From Cupriavidus necator (GTDB lineage: Bacteria; Pseudomonadota; Gammaproteobacteria; Burkholderiales; Burkholderiaceae), in contig NZ_CP066018.1 in NCBI RefSeq assembly GCF_016127575.1, forward strand, positions 1,620,001-1,652,000: 32,000 nucleotides of DNA. The letters run 5' to 3'. The position numbers were made by a program, and so were the translations under genes. This document shows positions 1 to 9,652 of this stretch, piece by piece (position 1 is the first letter of the stretch; every line of letters begins with the position of its first letter). A model generated the notes under the pieces. It saw only the letters and a program-made list of their open reading frames with translations, had not been told where the DNA came from and did not search any database.

Positions 1-656
1 GCTGCATGGCGATCTCGGTCGCCGTGGCCGTGGGCGATGTCGCTGACAAGCTCGTGCCGCGCCTCGCCGAACGTGCGAGCTCGCTGAAGATCCGCAACGG
101 CATGGAGTCCGACGCCGAAATGGGTCCGCTGGTAACCGCTGCGCACAAAGCGAAGGTGGAGGGCTATATCGCCAAGGGCGTGGAAGAGGGCGCGACGCTG
201 GTCACCGATGGCCGCGGTCATACCGTACCCGGCCATGAGAACGGCTTCTATGTCGGCGGCACGCTGTTCGACCACGTCAAGCCGGATATGACGATCTACA
301 AGGAAGAGATCTTCGGCCCGGTGCTGTCGGTAGTGCGCGTGCATGACTTTGCCGAAGCGGTGGCGCTGATCAATGCGCATGAATTCGGCAACGGCGTGTC
401 GTGCTACACCAGCGACGGCGGCATCGCGCGTGCGTTCGCGCGGCAGATCCAGATCGGCATGGTCGGCATCAATGTGCCGATCCCGGTGCCGATGGCGTGG
501 CATTCTTTCGGTGGCTGGAAGCGATCGCTGTTCGGCGACCATCACGCCTATGGCGAAGAGGGTGTGCGCTTCTACACGCGCTACAAGAGCGTGATGCAGC
601 GTTGGCCGGATTCGATCGCCAAGGGCGCCGAGTTCACCATGCCGGTGGCGAAATAA
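1..656 (+). CDS. mmsA: methylmalonate-semialdehyde dehydrogenase (CoA-acylating), C-terminal part; the 5' end lies left of the window
   Basis: The frame is open from the window edge to the stop at 654-656. The C-terminal sequence [10 protein letters not shown]...[46 protein letters not shown] is the characteristic MmsA/aldehyde dehydrogenase tail. Confidence 0.85.
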   Translation, partial: CMAISVAVAVGDVADKLVPRLAERASSLKIRNGMESDAEMGPLVTAAHKAKVEGYIAKGVEEGATLVTDGRGHTVPGHENGFYVGGTLFDHVKPDMTIYKEEIFGPVLSVVRVHDFAEAVALINAHEFGNGVSCYTSDGGIARAFARQIQIGMVGINVPIPVPMAWHSFGGWKRSLFGDHHAYGEEGVRFYTRYKSVMQRWPDSIAKGAEFTMPVAK

Positions 657-665
657 GCCGCAACG

Positions 666-2351
666 ATGACGACAAGAACAGCGATGGAGACATTCGACTA
701 CATCATCGTGGGGGCCGGTTCGGCAGGCTGTGTCCTGGCCAACCGCCTGACGCAGGATGCGGACGTCAGCGTGCTGCTGCTGGAGGCCGGCGGCAAGGAC
801 GACTACCACTGGATCCATATCCCAGTGGGCTACCTGTACTGCATCGGCAACCCGCGCACCGACTGGCTCTATCGCACCGAGGCCGAGGCCGGCCTGAACG
901 GCCGCTCGCTCGGCTATCCGCGCGGGCGCGTGCTGGGCGGTTGCTCGTCGATCAACGGCATGATCTATATGCGCGGCCAGCGCGAGGATTATGACGAGTG
1001 GGCGCGGCTCACCGGTGATGCTGGCTGGCGCTGGGACAATGTGCTGCCGTTGTTCAAGCGCAGCGAGGACCACCACCGCGGCCCGAGCGAATTCCATGGC
1101 GCCGGCGGCGAATGGCGCGTGGAAGGCCAGCGCCTGCGCTGGGACATCCTGGAGCGCTTTGCCGATGCCGCCGAAGAGGCGGGGATTCCGCGCACGGAGG
1201 ACTTCAACCGCGGCGACAACTTCGGCGTCGGCTATTTCGAAGTGAACCAGCGCCGCGGCATCCGCTGGAACACGGCCAAGGCGTTCCTGCGGCGTGCGTC
1301 GGAGCGTCCCAACCTGACCATTGTCACCGGGGCGCAGGTGAGCGGGCTGACCTTCGACGGGCGCCGCTGCACCGGCGTGAACTATATCGGCGGCGGCCGG
1401 CCGCACACGGTGGCGGCCACGCAGGAAGTGATCCTCGCCGCGGGCGCGGTCAATACGCCGCAGCTGCTGGAGCTGTCGGGCATCGGCCAGGCCGAGCGCC
1501 TGCAGGCGCTGGGTATCCCGGTGCGCCATGCGCTCGCCGGCGTGGGCGAGAACCTGCAGGACCACCTGCAACTGCGCTCGGTGGTGAAGGTCAGCGGCGT
1601 GCGCACGCTCAACACGCGCGCCGCGAGCCTGTGGGGCAAGTTCTGCATCGGCGTGCAGTACGCCTTCAACCAGAGCGGGCCGATGAGCATGGCGCCGTCG
1701 CAGCTGGGTGCCTTTGCGCGCTCGGACCCGGCGCAGGCGCGGCCGAACGTGGAGTACCACGTGCAACCCTTGTCGCTGGACAAGTTCGGCGACCCGCTGC
1801 ATGCGTTCAACGCCTTTACCGCGAGTGCCTGCAACCTGCGGCCGACCTCGCGCGGCAGCGTGCATGTCGGCAGCGCGGATTTCCGCCAGGCGCCGGTGAT
1901 CGCGCCCAATTACCTGGCGACCGACGAGGATCGGAAAGTCGCGGCCGACTCCATCCGGCTCACGCGCCGCATCGTGGCGTCGCCGGCGCTGGCACCGTTC
2001 CAGCCCGAGGAATGGCTGCCGGGCCCGGCATTCCAGACCGACGAACAGCTGGCCGAAGCGGCCGGCAATATCGGCACCACCATCTTCCATCCGGTGGGCA
2101 CCTGCAAGATGGGCCGCGCCGACGACCCGATGGCCGTGGTCGACCATCGCCTGCGCGTGCTGGGTATCGATGGCCTGCGCGTGGTCGATGCCTCGGTGAT
2201 GCCGCTGATCACATCGGGCAACACCAATTCGCCGACCATCATGATCGCCGAGCGCGCCAGCGACCTGATCCGCGAAGACCGCCGGCAGGGCCTGGCGGCG
2301 GCGGAAGTATTGGTGCAACCGGCGCCGGCGGCAGCCGCTGCAGGCGCCTGA
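666..2351 (+). CDS. GMC-family FAD-dependent oxidoreductase (choline/alcohol dehydrogenase-like)
   Basis: 561-aa ORF. It has an N-terminal FAD fold, DYIIVGAGSAGCVLANRLT...LLLEAGG, and the C-terminal GMC signature region HPVGTCKMG...VVDASVMP. An alternative start at M7 (684) is possible. Confidence 0.85.
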   Translation: MTTRTAMETFDYIIVGAGSAGCVLANRLTQDADVSVLLLEAGGKDDYHWIHIPVGYLYCIGNPRTDWLYRTEAEAGLNGRSLGYPRGRVLGGCSSINGMIYMRGQREDYDEWARLTGDAGWRWDNVLPLFKRSEDHHRGPSEFHGAGGEWRVEGQRLRWDILERFADAAEEAGIPRTEDFNRGDNFGVGYFEVNQRRGIRWNTAKAFLRRASERPNLTIVTGAQVSGLTFDGRRCTGVNYIGGGRPHTVAATQEVILAAGAVNTPQLLELSGIGQAERLQALGIPVRHALAGVGENLQDHLQLRSVVKVSGVRTLNTRAASLWGKFCIGVQYAFNQSGPMSMAPSQLGAFARSDPAQARPNVEYHVQPLSLDKFGDPLHAFNAFTASACNLRPTSRGSVHVGSADFRQAPVIAPNYLATDEDRKVAADSIRLTRRIVASPALAPFQPEEWLPGPAFQTDEQLAEAAGNIGTTIFHPVGTCKMGRADDPMAVVDHRLRVLGIDGLRVVDASVMPLITSGNTNSPTIMIAERASDLIREDRRQGLAAAEVLVQPAPAAAAAGA

Positions 2352-2410
2352 CATGAGCGCGCCACGGGTCGCGGGCGGGGCCGTGACCGAGTGGCGCAGC
2401 CTGCTCATGT
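2351..2410 (+). other. long imperfect stem-loop overlapping the stop codon of the GMC gene
   Basis: ACATGAGC-GCGCCAC (2351-2365) pairs with GTGGCGC (2391-2397) and GCTCATGT (2403-2410). No U-tract follows, so it is not a classical terminator. Confidence 0.3.
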
Positions 2411-2703
2411 GCGCTTGCAAAAAAACTGACACTTGGTTCATGTTTCATAGTGCAAACCCCGATGTTTTGCGATGCAACAGGCGCACACAATAGACGCCTC
2501 ACAGGGTGCGTCGGCAGCACATCGAAGCCATCGCCGCAACCTGCGCGGGAGCCGCCCCGCACCAATACAGAAAGCCGCAGGCAGGGCCGCAAGCACGGCC
2601 AGCCTGGCGGAACAAGCGGCAGCAAGGGCCTACAAGGCCGGTTCGGACCATTGTCAGTGCCGGGCATCACCCCGGCAGTTCAGCAAGAGGGCGGGCAGGA
2701 GAC

Positions 2704-3480
2704 ATGAACCAGCAGGAAACCATCCTGGAAACGCGGAACCTCACCAAGGAGTTCAAGGGGTTCACGGCGGTGAGCGACGTCAACCTGCAGGTGCGCCGCG
2801 GGTCGATCCATGCGTTGATCGGGCCCAACGGCGCGGGCAAGACGACTTGCTTCAACCTGCTCACCAAGTTCCTGGAGCCGACCACCGGCACCATCCTTTT
2901 CAACGGCATCGACATCACCCGTGAAAAGCCCGCGCAGATCGCGCGGCGCGGCGTGATCCGTTCGTTCCAGATCTCGGCGGTATTCCCGCACCTGACGGTG
3001 ATGGAGAACGTGCGCATCGGGCTGCAGCGCCAGCTTGGCACGGCGTACCAGTTCTGGCGCAGCGAGCGCTCGCTGGACGTGCTTAATGACCGCGCCATGG
3101 AGCTGCTAGAGCAGGTCGGCCTGACCGAGTTCGCGCAGACGCTGACGGTGAACCTGCCGTACGGCCGCAAGCGCGCGCTGGAGATCGCCACCACGCTGGC
3201 GATGGAGCCCGAGCTGATGCTGCTCGACGAGCCCACGCAGGGCATGGGCCACGAAGACGTGGACCGCGTCACGCAGCTGATCAGGAAGGTCTCGGCGGGC
3301 CGCACCATCCTGATGGTGGAACACAACATGAGCGTGGTCTCGTCGATCGCTGACAAGATCACCGTGCTGCAGCGTGGCGCGATCCTGGCCGAAGGCCCGT
3401 ATGCCGAAGTGTCCAGGGACCCGCGCGTGATGGAGGCCTACATGGGCACCGTCGACGCGGAACTGCAGGGCGCGCACTGA
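2704..3480 (+). CDS. livG: HAAT-family (Liv-type) ABC transporter ATP-binding protein, LivG-like
   Basis: The ATG at 2704 is preceded by GGAG (2697-2700). The N-terminus is MNQQETILETRNLTKEFKGF and Walker A is GPNGAGKTT. A LivG-type C-terminal extension is present. The in-frame upstream part of ORF 2506-3480 is non-protein-like. Confidence 0.85.
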   Translation: MNQQETILETRNLTKEFKGFTAVSDVNLQVRRGSIHALIGPNGAGKTTCFNLLTKFLEPTTGTILFNGIDITREKPAQIARRGVIRSFQISAVFPHLTVMENVRIGLQRQLGTAYQFWRSERSLDVLNDRAMELLEQVGLTEFAQTLTVNLPYGRKRALEIATTLAMEPELMLLDEPTQGMGHEDVDRVTQLIRKVSAGRTILMVEHNMSVVSSIADKITVLQRGAILAEGPYAEVSRDPRVMEAYMGTVDAELQGAH

Positions 3481-3497
3481 GAGGGCCGGGGAACGAT

Positions 3498-4223
3498 ATG
3501 ACTTCATTGAACACACCCGCGCTCGAGATCAAGGACCTGCACGCCTGGTACGGCGAATCGCACATCCTTCACGGCGTGGATTTGACCGTGAACCGCGGCG
3601 AAGTGGTCACGCTGCTGGGCCGCAACGGCGCTGGCCGCACCACCACGCTGCGCGCGATCATGGGACTGACCGGCGCGCGCAAGGGCTCGATCAAGGTCAA
3701 TGGCCACGAGACCATCAGCCTGCCCACGCACAAGATCGCGCACTACGGCATTGGCTATTGCCCCGAAGAGCGGGCGATCTTCTCCAGCCTCTCATGCGAA
3801 GAGAACCTGATGCTGCCGCCGGTGCTGAAGGGCGCCGACACCAGCAAGGGCATGAGCGAAACCGATATCTACGAGATGTTCCCGAACCTGAAGGAGCGCC
3901 GCCAGAGCCAGGGCACGCGTCTTTCCGGCGGCGAGCAGCAGATGCTGGCGGTCGGGCGCATCCTGCGCACCGGCGCCAACCTGCTGCTGCTCGATGAAAT
4001 CTCGGAAGGGTTGGCACCGGTGATCGTGCAGGCGCTTGCGCGCATGATCCTGATGCTCAAGCAGAAGGGGTACACGGTGGTGATGGTGGAGCAGAACTTC
4101 CGCTTTGCCGCGCCGCTGGCTGACCGCTTCTACGTGATGGAGCACGGCAGCATCGTCGAGCGCTTCGCGGCCAATGAGCTGGAGGCCAAGATGCCGGTGC
4201 TGCACGAACTGCTCGGGGTCTGA
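3498..4223 (+). CDS. livF: HAAT-family ABC transporter ATP-binding protein, LivF-like
   Basis: 241 aa. Walker A is GRNGAGRTT, the signature is LSGGEQQML and Walker B is LLLLDE. It directly follows the livG-like gene. Confidence 0.85.
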   Translation: MTSLNTPALEIKDLHAWYGESHILHGVDLTVNRGEVVTLLGRNGAGRTTTLRAIMGLTGARKGSIKVNGHETISLPTHKIAHYGIGYCPEERAIFSSLSCEENLMLPPVLKGADTSKGMSETDIYEMFPNLKERRQSQGTRLSGGEQQMLAVGRILRTGANLLLLDEISEGLAPVIVQALARMILMLKQKGYTVVMVEQNFRFAAPLADRFYVMEHGSIVERFAANELEAKMPVLHELLGV

Positions 4224-4297
4224 TCCGCACGGATCATGGGTTGATGTTTGGCAGGAACGGGTGGCGCGCACGCCGCCGCAAATCAGGAGACATAGAC

Positions 4298-5506
4298 ATG
4301 AAAAAGACTCGGCTCGCGGCCGCGATGGCGGCCATTGCCATGGGTGCGGTTTCCTTCAGCGCCGTTGCCCAGGTGTCCGGTGACACCGTGAAGATCGGCT
4401 ACATCACCGACATGTCGGGCCTGTACGCCGACATCGACGGCCCCGGCGGCCTGGAAGCCATCAAGATGGCGGTCGAGGACCGCGGCGGCAAGGTGCTGGG
4501 CAAGCCCATCGAGATTGTCTCTGCCGACCACCAGAACAAGGCCGACATCGCCGCCTCGAAGGCGCGCGAATGGATGGACCAGCAGGGCCTGGACCTGCTG
4601 CTGGGCGGTACCAACTCGGGCACCGCGCTGGCGATGAACAAGGTGGCTTCGGAGAAGAAGCGCGTCTACATCAACATCGGCGCCGGCACCGCGCGCCTGA
4701 CCAACGAAGAGTGCTCGCCGTACACGGTGCACTACGCCTATGACACGGTGGCGCTGGCCAAGGGCACCGGCAGCGCGGTGGTCAAGCAGGGCGGCAAGTC
4801 GTGGTTCTTCCTGACCGCCGACTACGCCTTCGGCCATTCGCTGGAAAGCGATACCGCGGCGGTGGTCAAGGCCAGCGGTGGCACGGTGGCGGGCCAGGTG
4901 CGCCATCCGCTGTCGGCATCGGACTTCTCGTCGTTCCTGCTGCAGGCGCAGTCGTCCAAGGCGCAGATCCTGGGCCTGGCCAACGCCGGCGGCGACACCA
5001 TCAATGCGATCAAGGCGGCCAAGGAATTCGGCATCACCAAGTCGATGAAGATCGCCGGCCTGCTGATGTTCATCAACGATGTGCACAGCCTCGGGTTGAA
5101 GAACACCGAAGGCCTGCTGATGACCGACAGCTGGTACTGGGACATGAACGACGACACCCGCAAGTTCGCCAACCGCTTCTTCGGCAAGATGAAGAAGATG
5201 CCGAGCAGCCTGCAGGCCGCGGACTACTCGGCGGCCAGCACCTACCTGAAGGCGGTGGAAGCGGCCAAGACCGACGATCCGGACAAGGTCATGGCCGAGT
5301 TGAAGAAGATGAAGATCAACGACTTCTATACCAAGGGCTATATCCGCCAGGACGGCCGTGGCATCCACGACATGTACCTGATGCAGGTGAAGACCGCGGC
5401 AGAGTCGAAGAAGCCGTGGGACTACCTGAAGGTGGTCGCGACCATTCCGGGTGACCAGGCCTTCACCACGGTGGCCGAGTCGAAGTGCGCAATGCTGAAG
5501 AAGTAA
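4298..5506 (+). CDS. periplasmic substrate-binding protein of a Liv-type (HAAT) ABC transporter
   Basis: The ATG at 4298 is preceded by AGGAGA (4285-4290). The signal peptide is [26 protein letters not shown]. The mature protein looks like a type-I periplasmic binding fold (Peripla_BP_6-like). The substrate is unknown. Confidence 0.8.
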   Translation: MKKTRLAAAMAAIAMGAVSFSAVAQVSGDTVKIGYITDMSGLYADIDGPGGLEAIKMAVEDRGGKVLGKPIEIVSADHQNKADIAASKAREWMDQQGLDLLLGGTNSGTALAMNKVASEKKRVYINIGAGTARLTNEECSPYTVHYAYDTVALAKGTGSAVVKQGGKSWFFLTADYAFGHSLESDTAAVVKASGGTVAGQVRHPLSASDFSSFLLQAQSSKAQILGLANAGGDTINAIKAAKEFGITKSMKIAGLLMFINDVHSLGLKNTEGLLMTDSWYWDMNDDTRKFANRFFGKMKKMPSSLQAADYSAASTYLKAVEAAKTDDPDKVMAELKKMKINDFYTKGYIRQDGRGIHDMYLMQVKTAAESKKPWDYLKVVATIPGDQAFTTVAESKCAMLKK

Positions 5507-5518
5507 GCTGATGTGAGA

Positions 5519-5551
5519 TCTGCCGGCGGCGCGCCACCTGCGTGCCGCCGG
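5519..5551 (+). other. perfect 10-bp GC-rich intercistronic stem-loop after the binding-protein gene
   Basis: TGCCGGCGGC (5519-5528) pairs with GCCGCCGGCA (5542-5551) around a 13-nt loop, with no U-tract. It is placed like the mRNA-stabilising or partial-terminator hairpins often found after SBP genes in ABC operons. Confidence 0.4.
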
Positions 5552-5670
5552 CATCGGACGCGGTTCCTTGCTGCGGTGTTCGCCAACGGTGTTCGCCGCA
5601 GCGTTCGCATTACCTGGCACCAACCGCAGCAATTCCCGCCATACAACGGCGGTATCAACGGCACTCCGCG

Positions 5671-6555
5671 ATGGACATCTTCGGAATCCCCTTGCCGGCC
5701 ATGCTTTCCCAGCTATTGCTGGGGCTGGTCAACGGCGCCTTCTATGCGATGCTGAGCCTGGGCCTGGCGGTTATCTTCGGCCTGCTCAACGTCATCAATT
5801 TCGCGCACGGCGCGCTCTTCATGCTGGGCGCCGTGCTGGCCTGGATGGGCATGGAGTACGCCGGGCTGAACTACTGGATCATGCTGCTGCTGTCGCCGCT
5901 GGTCGTCGCCGCACTGGGCGTGGTGATCGAGAAGACCATGCTGCGCTGGATCTACAAGCTCGACCATATCTACGGCCTGCTGCTGACGCTGGGCATCACG
6001 CTGGTGATCGAGGGCATCTTCCGCTCGATCTACGGCGTCTCCGGGCTGCCGTACTCGACGCCGGATGCGCTGCAGGGCGCGACCGACCTGGGCTTCATGA
6101 TCCTGCCCAACTACCGCGCGTGGGTCGTGGTGGCGTCGCTGGTGGTGTGCTTTGCCACCTGGTACGTGATCGAGAAGACAAAGCTGGGCGCCTACCTGCG
6201 CGCCGGCACCGAGAACCCCAAGATGGTCGAGGCCTTCGGCGTCAACGTGCCGCTGATGGTGACCCTGACCTACGGCTTCGGCGTGGCGCTGGCCGCGTTT
6301 GCCGGGGTGCTGGCCGCGCCGGTGATCCAGATCTCGCCGCTGATGGGCCAGAACCTGATCATCATCGTGTTCGCGGTGGTGGTGATCGGCGGCATGGGCT
6401 CGATCATGGGCTCGATCCTGACCGGCCTGGGGCTGGGCGTGGTCGAGGGGCTGACCAAGGTGTTTTATCCGGAAGCGTCGTCGACCGTGGTGTTCTTCAT
6501 CATGGTGATCGTGCTGCTGCTGCGCCCGGCCGGGCTGTTCGGGAAGGAGAAGTGA
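5671..6555 (+). CDS. livH: HAAT-family ABC transporter permease, LivH-like
   Basis: The start is placed at the ATG at 5671. The N-terminus MDIFGIPLPAMLSQLLLGLVNGAFYAMLSLGLAVIFG is a typical LivH N-terminus and the protein is polytopic and hydrophobic. No clear SD is visible. Confidence 0.8.
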   Translation: MDIFGIPLPAMLSQLLLGLVNGAFYAMLSLGLAVIFGLLNVINFAHGALFMLGAVLAWMGMEYAGLNYWIMLLLSPLVVAALGVVIEKTMLRWIYKLDHIYGLLLTLGITLVIEGIFRSIYGVSGLPYSTPDALQGATDLGFMILPNYRAWVVVASLVVCFATWYVIEKTKLGAYLRAGTENPKMVEAFGVNVPLMVTLTYGFGVALAAFAGVLAAPVIQISPLMGQNLIIIVFAVVVIGGMGSIMGSILTGLGLGVVEGLTKVFYPEASSTVVFFIMVIVLLLRPAGLFGKEK

Positions 6556-7610
6556 TGAGCGCACCCTCCACATCATCGACGCCATCCACGGTGGCGGCCA
6601 ACGCGGGCAACGCAGGAAAGGGACAAGGCGTGCAGAAGAAACTGTTGTACGGATTGCTGCTGCTGGCACTGGTGGCCGCGCCGCTGGCAGGTGCGTATCC
6701 GGTGTTCGTGCTCAAGGTGCTGTGCTTCGCGTTGTTTGCGTGCGCCTTCAACCTGCTGATCGGTTATACCGGGCTGCTGTCGTTCGGCCATGCGGCCTTC
6801 TTCGGCGGCGCTGGCTACGCGGCCGGCCATGCCATGAAGGTCTGGGGCGTGACCCCGGAAATCGGCCTGATCCTGGGCACCGGTGCGGGCGCGCTGATCG
6901 GCTACGTGGTGGGCTCGCTGGCCATCCGCCGGCAGGGCATCTACTTCTCGATGATCACGCTGGCGCTGGCGCAGATGCTGTTCTTTATCTGCCTGCAGGC
7001 GCCGTTCACCGGTGGCGAGGACGGCCTGCAGGGCATCCCGCGCGGCAAGCTGTTCGGTGTGCTGCCGCTGTCGGACGACCTGACGCTGTACTACGTCGCG
7101 CTGGCGATCATCGTGGCCGCCTTTGCGCTGATCGTGCGCACGGTGCATTCGCCGTTCGGCCAGATTCTGAAGGCGATCAAGGAGAACGAGCCGCGCGCGA
7201 TCTCGCTGGGCTATGACGTCGACCGCTTCAAGCTGACCGCCTTCGTGCTGTCGGCGGCGCTGTCGGGGCTGGCCGGCTCGATCAAGGCGCTGGTGCTGGG
7301 CTTCGAGACGCTGACCGACGTGCACTGGTCGATGTCCGGCTCGGTCATCCTGATGACCCTGGTCGGCGGCCTGGGCACATTGTCGGGTCCGATTGTCGGT
7401 GCCTTCGTGGTGGTCGCGCTGGAGAACAAGCTGGGCGACATCGGCAACTTCCTGGCGTCGGTCACCGGCATCTCCTGGTTCGGCACGCTGGGCGAGTCGG
7501 TGACGATGGTGACCGGCGTGATCTTCGTGATCTGCGTGCTGACTTTCCGCCGTGGCATCATGGGCGAGCTGCTGGCGCGCTTCGGGGGCCACTCGGGCAA
7601 GCGGGAGTAA
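6555..7610 (+). CDS. livM: HAAT-family ABC transporter permease, LivM-like
   Basis: The ATG at 6555 overlaps the livH stop (GTGATGA). GGAGAAG lies upstream. The body is hydrophobic with the LivM-type motif LLSFGHAAFFGGAGY. The first 329 codons of ORF 5568-7610 are an out-of-frame shadow of livH. Confidence 0.8.
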   Translation: MSAPSTSSTPSTVAANAGNAGKGQGVQKKLLYGLLLLALVAAPLAGAYPVFVLKVLCFALFACAFNLLIGYTGLLSFGHAAFFGGAGYAAGHAMKVWGVTPEIGLILGTGAGALIGYVVGSLAIRRQGIYFSMITLALAQMLFFICLQAPFTGGEDGLQGIPRGKLFGVLPLSDDLTLYYVALAIIVAAFALIVRTVHSPFGQILKAIKENEPRAISLGYDVDRFKLTAFVLSAALSGLAGSIKALVLGFETLTDVHWSMSGSVILMTLVGGLGTLSGPIVGAFVVVALENKLGDIGNFLASVTGISWFGTLGESVTMVTGVIFVICVLTFRRGIMGELLARFGGHSGKRE

Positions 7611-7789
7611 CCCGGCAGGAGTGACCGCGGGTCGACATGCCCGATTCTGGGGCTAGGGTTTTTTCTAGCTTGTCCTCGATGCACCGCTTCGTTACATTCC
7701 ATATACGGTTTTCGCAGGTTAAATGGAGGCGGAAGCGAGGAGACGACAGGCGCGCACCCGGTGTCGGGTAGCAGCGTTATAAATAAAGG

Positions 7790-7822
7790 GCGTTGCCGGG
7801 TGATCCTCGGCAACGCTTTTTT
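7790..7822 (+). terminator. Rho-independent terminator
   Basis: GCGTTGCCG (7790-7798) pairs perfectly with CGGCAACGC (7808-7816) around a 9-nt loop, followed by TTTTTT (7817-7822). Confidence 0.75.
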
Positions 7823-7917
7823 CATTTGGGCCTCCCAATCGCTGCTGTGGCGCTTTCGCCCCATCATGGGGCATCCAGGCTGCACCGGCATCACCTGGCT
7901 ACCCTCCACATGCGACA

Positions 7918-8478
7918 ATGCGGGCGCTCTCATTGCCCGCCATGCCTGCCGCACCTGATTCCCCCGACTCCCCAGCCGTTCCGGATCATCCCGACGCGCC
8001 CGCGCCGCAGGGTTTGGTACGCCTCGGACTGGGCGCCGACGCAGCCACGCTGGAAGCCTGGCTGGCTACGGTGCAGCCACTGCCGGTGCCCGCCGCGCGC
8101 GCGCGCCGGCTGATGCTGGACGAGCTGCTGGCCCAGTCCGGTCGCGGCATCTGCCTGCTGGTGGATGATGCGCAGGCTCCGCACGATCTGCTGGCGTGCC
8201 TGCCGGTGGCGCTGCTCCCGAGCCTCGAGCTTGCCGGGCTGGCCGCTTGCGGCATGGAGTGGTGGGTACGGCCCGGGCTGGACGGCGGGGCCCGCCGCGC
8301 CTGCCTTGAGGCCTGTTGTGCCACGCTGGCCGACTGGGGCCGCGCGCACGGTATCCGTCACGCGCTGCTGGCGCCGGGGCTGGCGGCAGGGCAAGGCGGC
8401 GCGCCGCCGGGCTTCTGCCCGCATGGCAACGGCATGTGGCACCGCAGCCTGGTGCCTGCGGCCAAGGTGCTGGGCTGA
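7918..8478 (+). CDS. hypothetical protein with a Pro/Ala/Asp-rich N-terminus
   Basis: 186-aa ORF. Read codon by codon, the third positions are overwhelmingly G/C and the codon choice (CTG, GCC, GCG) is typical of the host, which supports this frame over the overlapping antisense ORFs. I recognise no motif. No SD is visible and an alternative start exists at 7942. Confidence 0.45.
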   Translation: MRALSLPAMPAAPDSPDSPAVPDHPDAPAPQGLVRLGLGADAATLEAWLATVQPLPVPAARARRLMLDELLAQSGRGICLLVDDAQAPHDLLACLPVALLPSLELAGLAACGMEWWVRPGLDGGARRACLEACCATLADWGRAHGIRHALLAPGLAAGQGGAPPGFCPHGNGMWHRSLVPAAKVLG

Positions 8479-8560
8479 ACTGATACCGCCCGGCAGCGCG
8501 CCGGCCCGCCCGCACCGATCTCCTCCGATCCTATCCCTTTTCGCTTTCCTGCTTCCTGCA

Positions 8561-9322
8561 ATGACGGAATTCGCATTCCTGGCGGTTGCCGCCTTTCTCG
8601 CCGGCCTGATCGACGCGGTCGCCGGCGGCGGCGGCCTGGTACAGATCCCGGCGATGTTCTCGGCCTATCCCAATGTCGCGCCGGCCACGCTGCTGGGTAC
8701 CAACAAGATGGGCTCGATCGCGGGCACCGCCAACGCGGCGCTGCGCTACGGCCGCAGCGTGCGTATCTACTGGGGAGCGACCGCGCCCGCGGTGGTGGCG
8801 GCCCTTGTCTTCTCGATGGCCGGTGCCTGGGCGCTGACCAAGATTCCGGCCGAACCGCTGCGCAAGGCGCTGCCGTTCGTGCTGGTGGTGTTGCTGGTCT
8901 ACACCGTGGCCAAGAAGGACCTGGGTACGGAACACGCGCCGACGCTGTCGGGCGCGCGCGAGCGCATCGCGGCGCTGCTGGCCGGCGCCGTCATCGGTTT
9001 CTATGACGGCGTGTTCGGTCCGGGCACCGGCAGCTTCCTGATGATCGCGTTCGTGCGGGTGTTCGGCTATGACTTCCTGCACGCGGCGGCCTCGGCCAAG
9101 GTGGTCAACCTTGCCACCAACCTGGCGGCGCTGCTGTTGCTGGCCAGCAAGGGCCATATCTGGTGGCAGCTGGGCCTGGTGATGGCGGTGGCCAACATCG
9201 CCGGCAGCCAGGTGGGCAGCAAGCTGGCCCTGCGCCACGGCAGCGCCTTCGTGCGCAAGGTGTTTATCGTGGTGGTGAGCGCGCTGATCCTGAAGACCGC
9301 CTGGGACGCGTTCCTGCGCTGA
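8561..9322 (+). CDS. TauE/SafE (TSUP, DUF81) family membrane transporter
   Basis: The ATG is at 8561. The N-terminus is MTEFAFLAVAAFLAGLIDAVAGGGGLVQIPAMF, with a second repeat FYDGVFGPGTGSF. The protein is about 253 aa and polytopic. Confidence 0.8.
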   Translation: MTEFAFLAVAAFLAGLIDAVAGGGGLVQIPAMFSAYPNVAPATLLGTNKMGSIAGTANAALRYGRSVRIYWGATAPAVVAALVFSMAGAWALTKIPAEPLRKALPFVLVVLLVYTVAKKDLGTEHAPTLSGARERIAALLAGAVIGFYDGVFGPGTGSFLMIAFVRVFGYDFLHAAASAKVVNLATNLAALLLLASKGHIWWQLGLVMAVANIAGSQVGSKLALRHGSAFVRKVFIVVVSALILKTAWDAFLR

Positions 9323-9612
9323 CGGCGAAGCCGGGCGGCGCTCGCGATGCGGGTTAATCCTCCCTTTTCGCGCCAAGTCGCTGTGCTAGACTCGATCCGA
9401 ATTCCCGACCGCACGGTCGGTGAATAGCCGGATCGCGCCGATCCGGGGGAGTGGTGCGGACGGGGAAACTGGGGAGCGGCCTTGCGTCGTTCCTGGCTGT
9501 AGCGCAGGTGCCGGCGATGTGCCTGTGTTGACCCGAGGGGTCGATCAAGGCCCACTGAACCGGATGGAATGCGCACCCGCTGGGCTGCGCCTCATCCAGT
9601 TCAGTGGACCAG

Positions 9613-9652
9613 GGCATCCGCCGGTGGACGCCGGACGGATGCCTTTCCGTTT
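9613..9652 (+). terminator. terminator-like hairpin 20 nt upstream of the SBP start codon (candidate attenuator)
   Basis: GGCATCCG-CCGG (9613-9624) pairs with CCGG-A-CGGATGCC (9631-9643) around a 6-nt loop, then TTTCCGTTT follows. The U-tract is interrupted, so terminator strength is uncertain. Confidence 0.45.

Noticed and set aside
2506-2703. N-terminal extensions of track ORFs (2506, 4241, 5542, 5568, 8165, 9420, 16094, 16804 on the minus strand, 23893, 31369)
   Set aside because: In each case an internal start preceded by an SD gives a canonical family N-terminus or signal peptide. The upstream in-frame stretch is Arg/Pro/Ala-rich and non-protein-like.
9380-9610. Possible match of the SBP leader to the guanidine-I/ykkC or TPP riboswitch classes
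   Set aside because: Short resemblances exist: GCTAGAC..., GCGGACGGGGAAACTGGGGAG, and CCCACTGAACCGGATGGAATGC versus the TPP ACCC..TGAACCTGAT...AATGC. However, the conserved cores (CUAGGGUUCCG/GGUCCGAGAG for ykkC, CUGAGA for TPP) and the required helices are absent. I keep it only as an unclassified structured leader.
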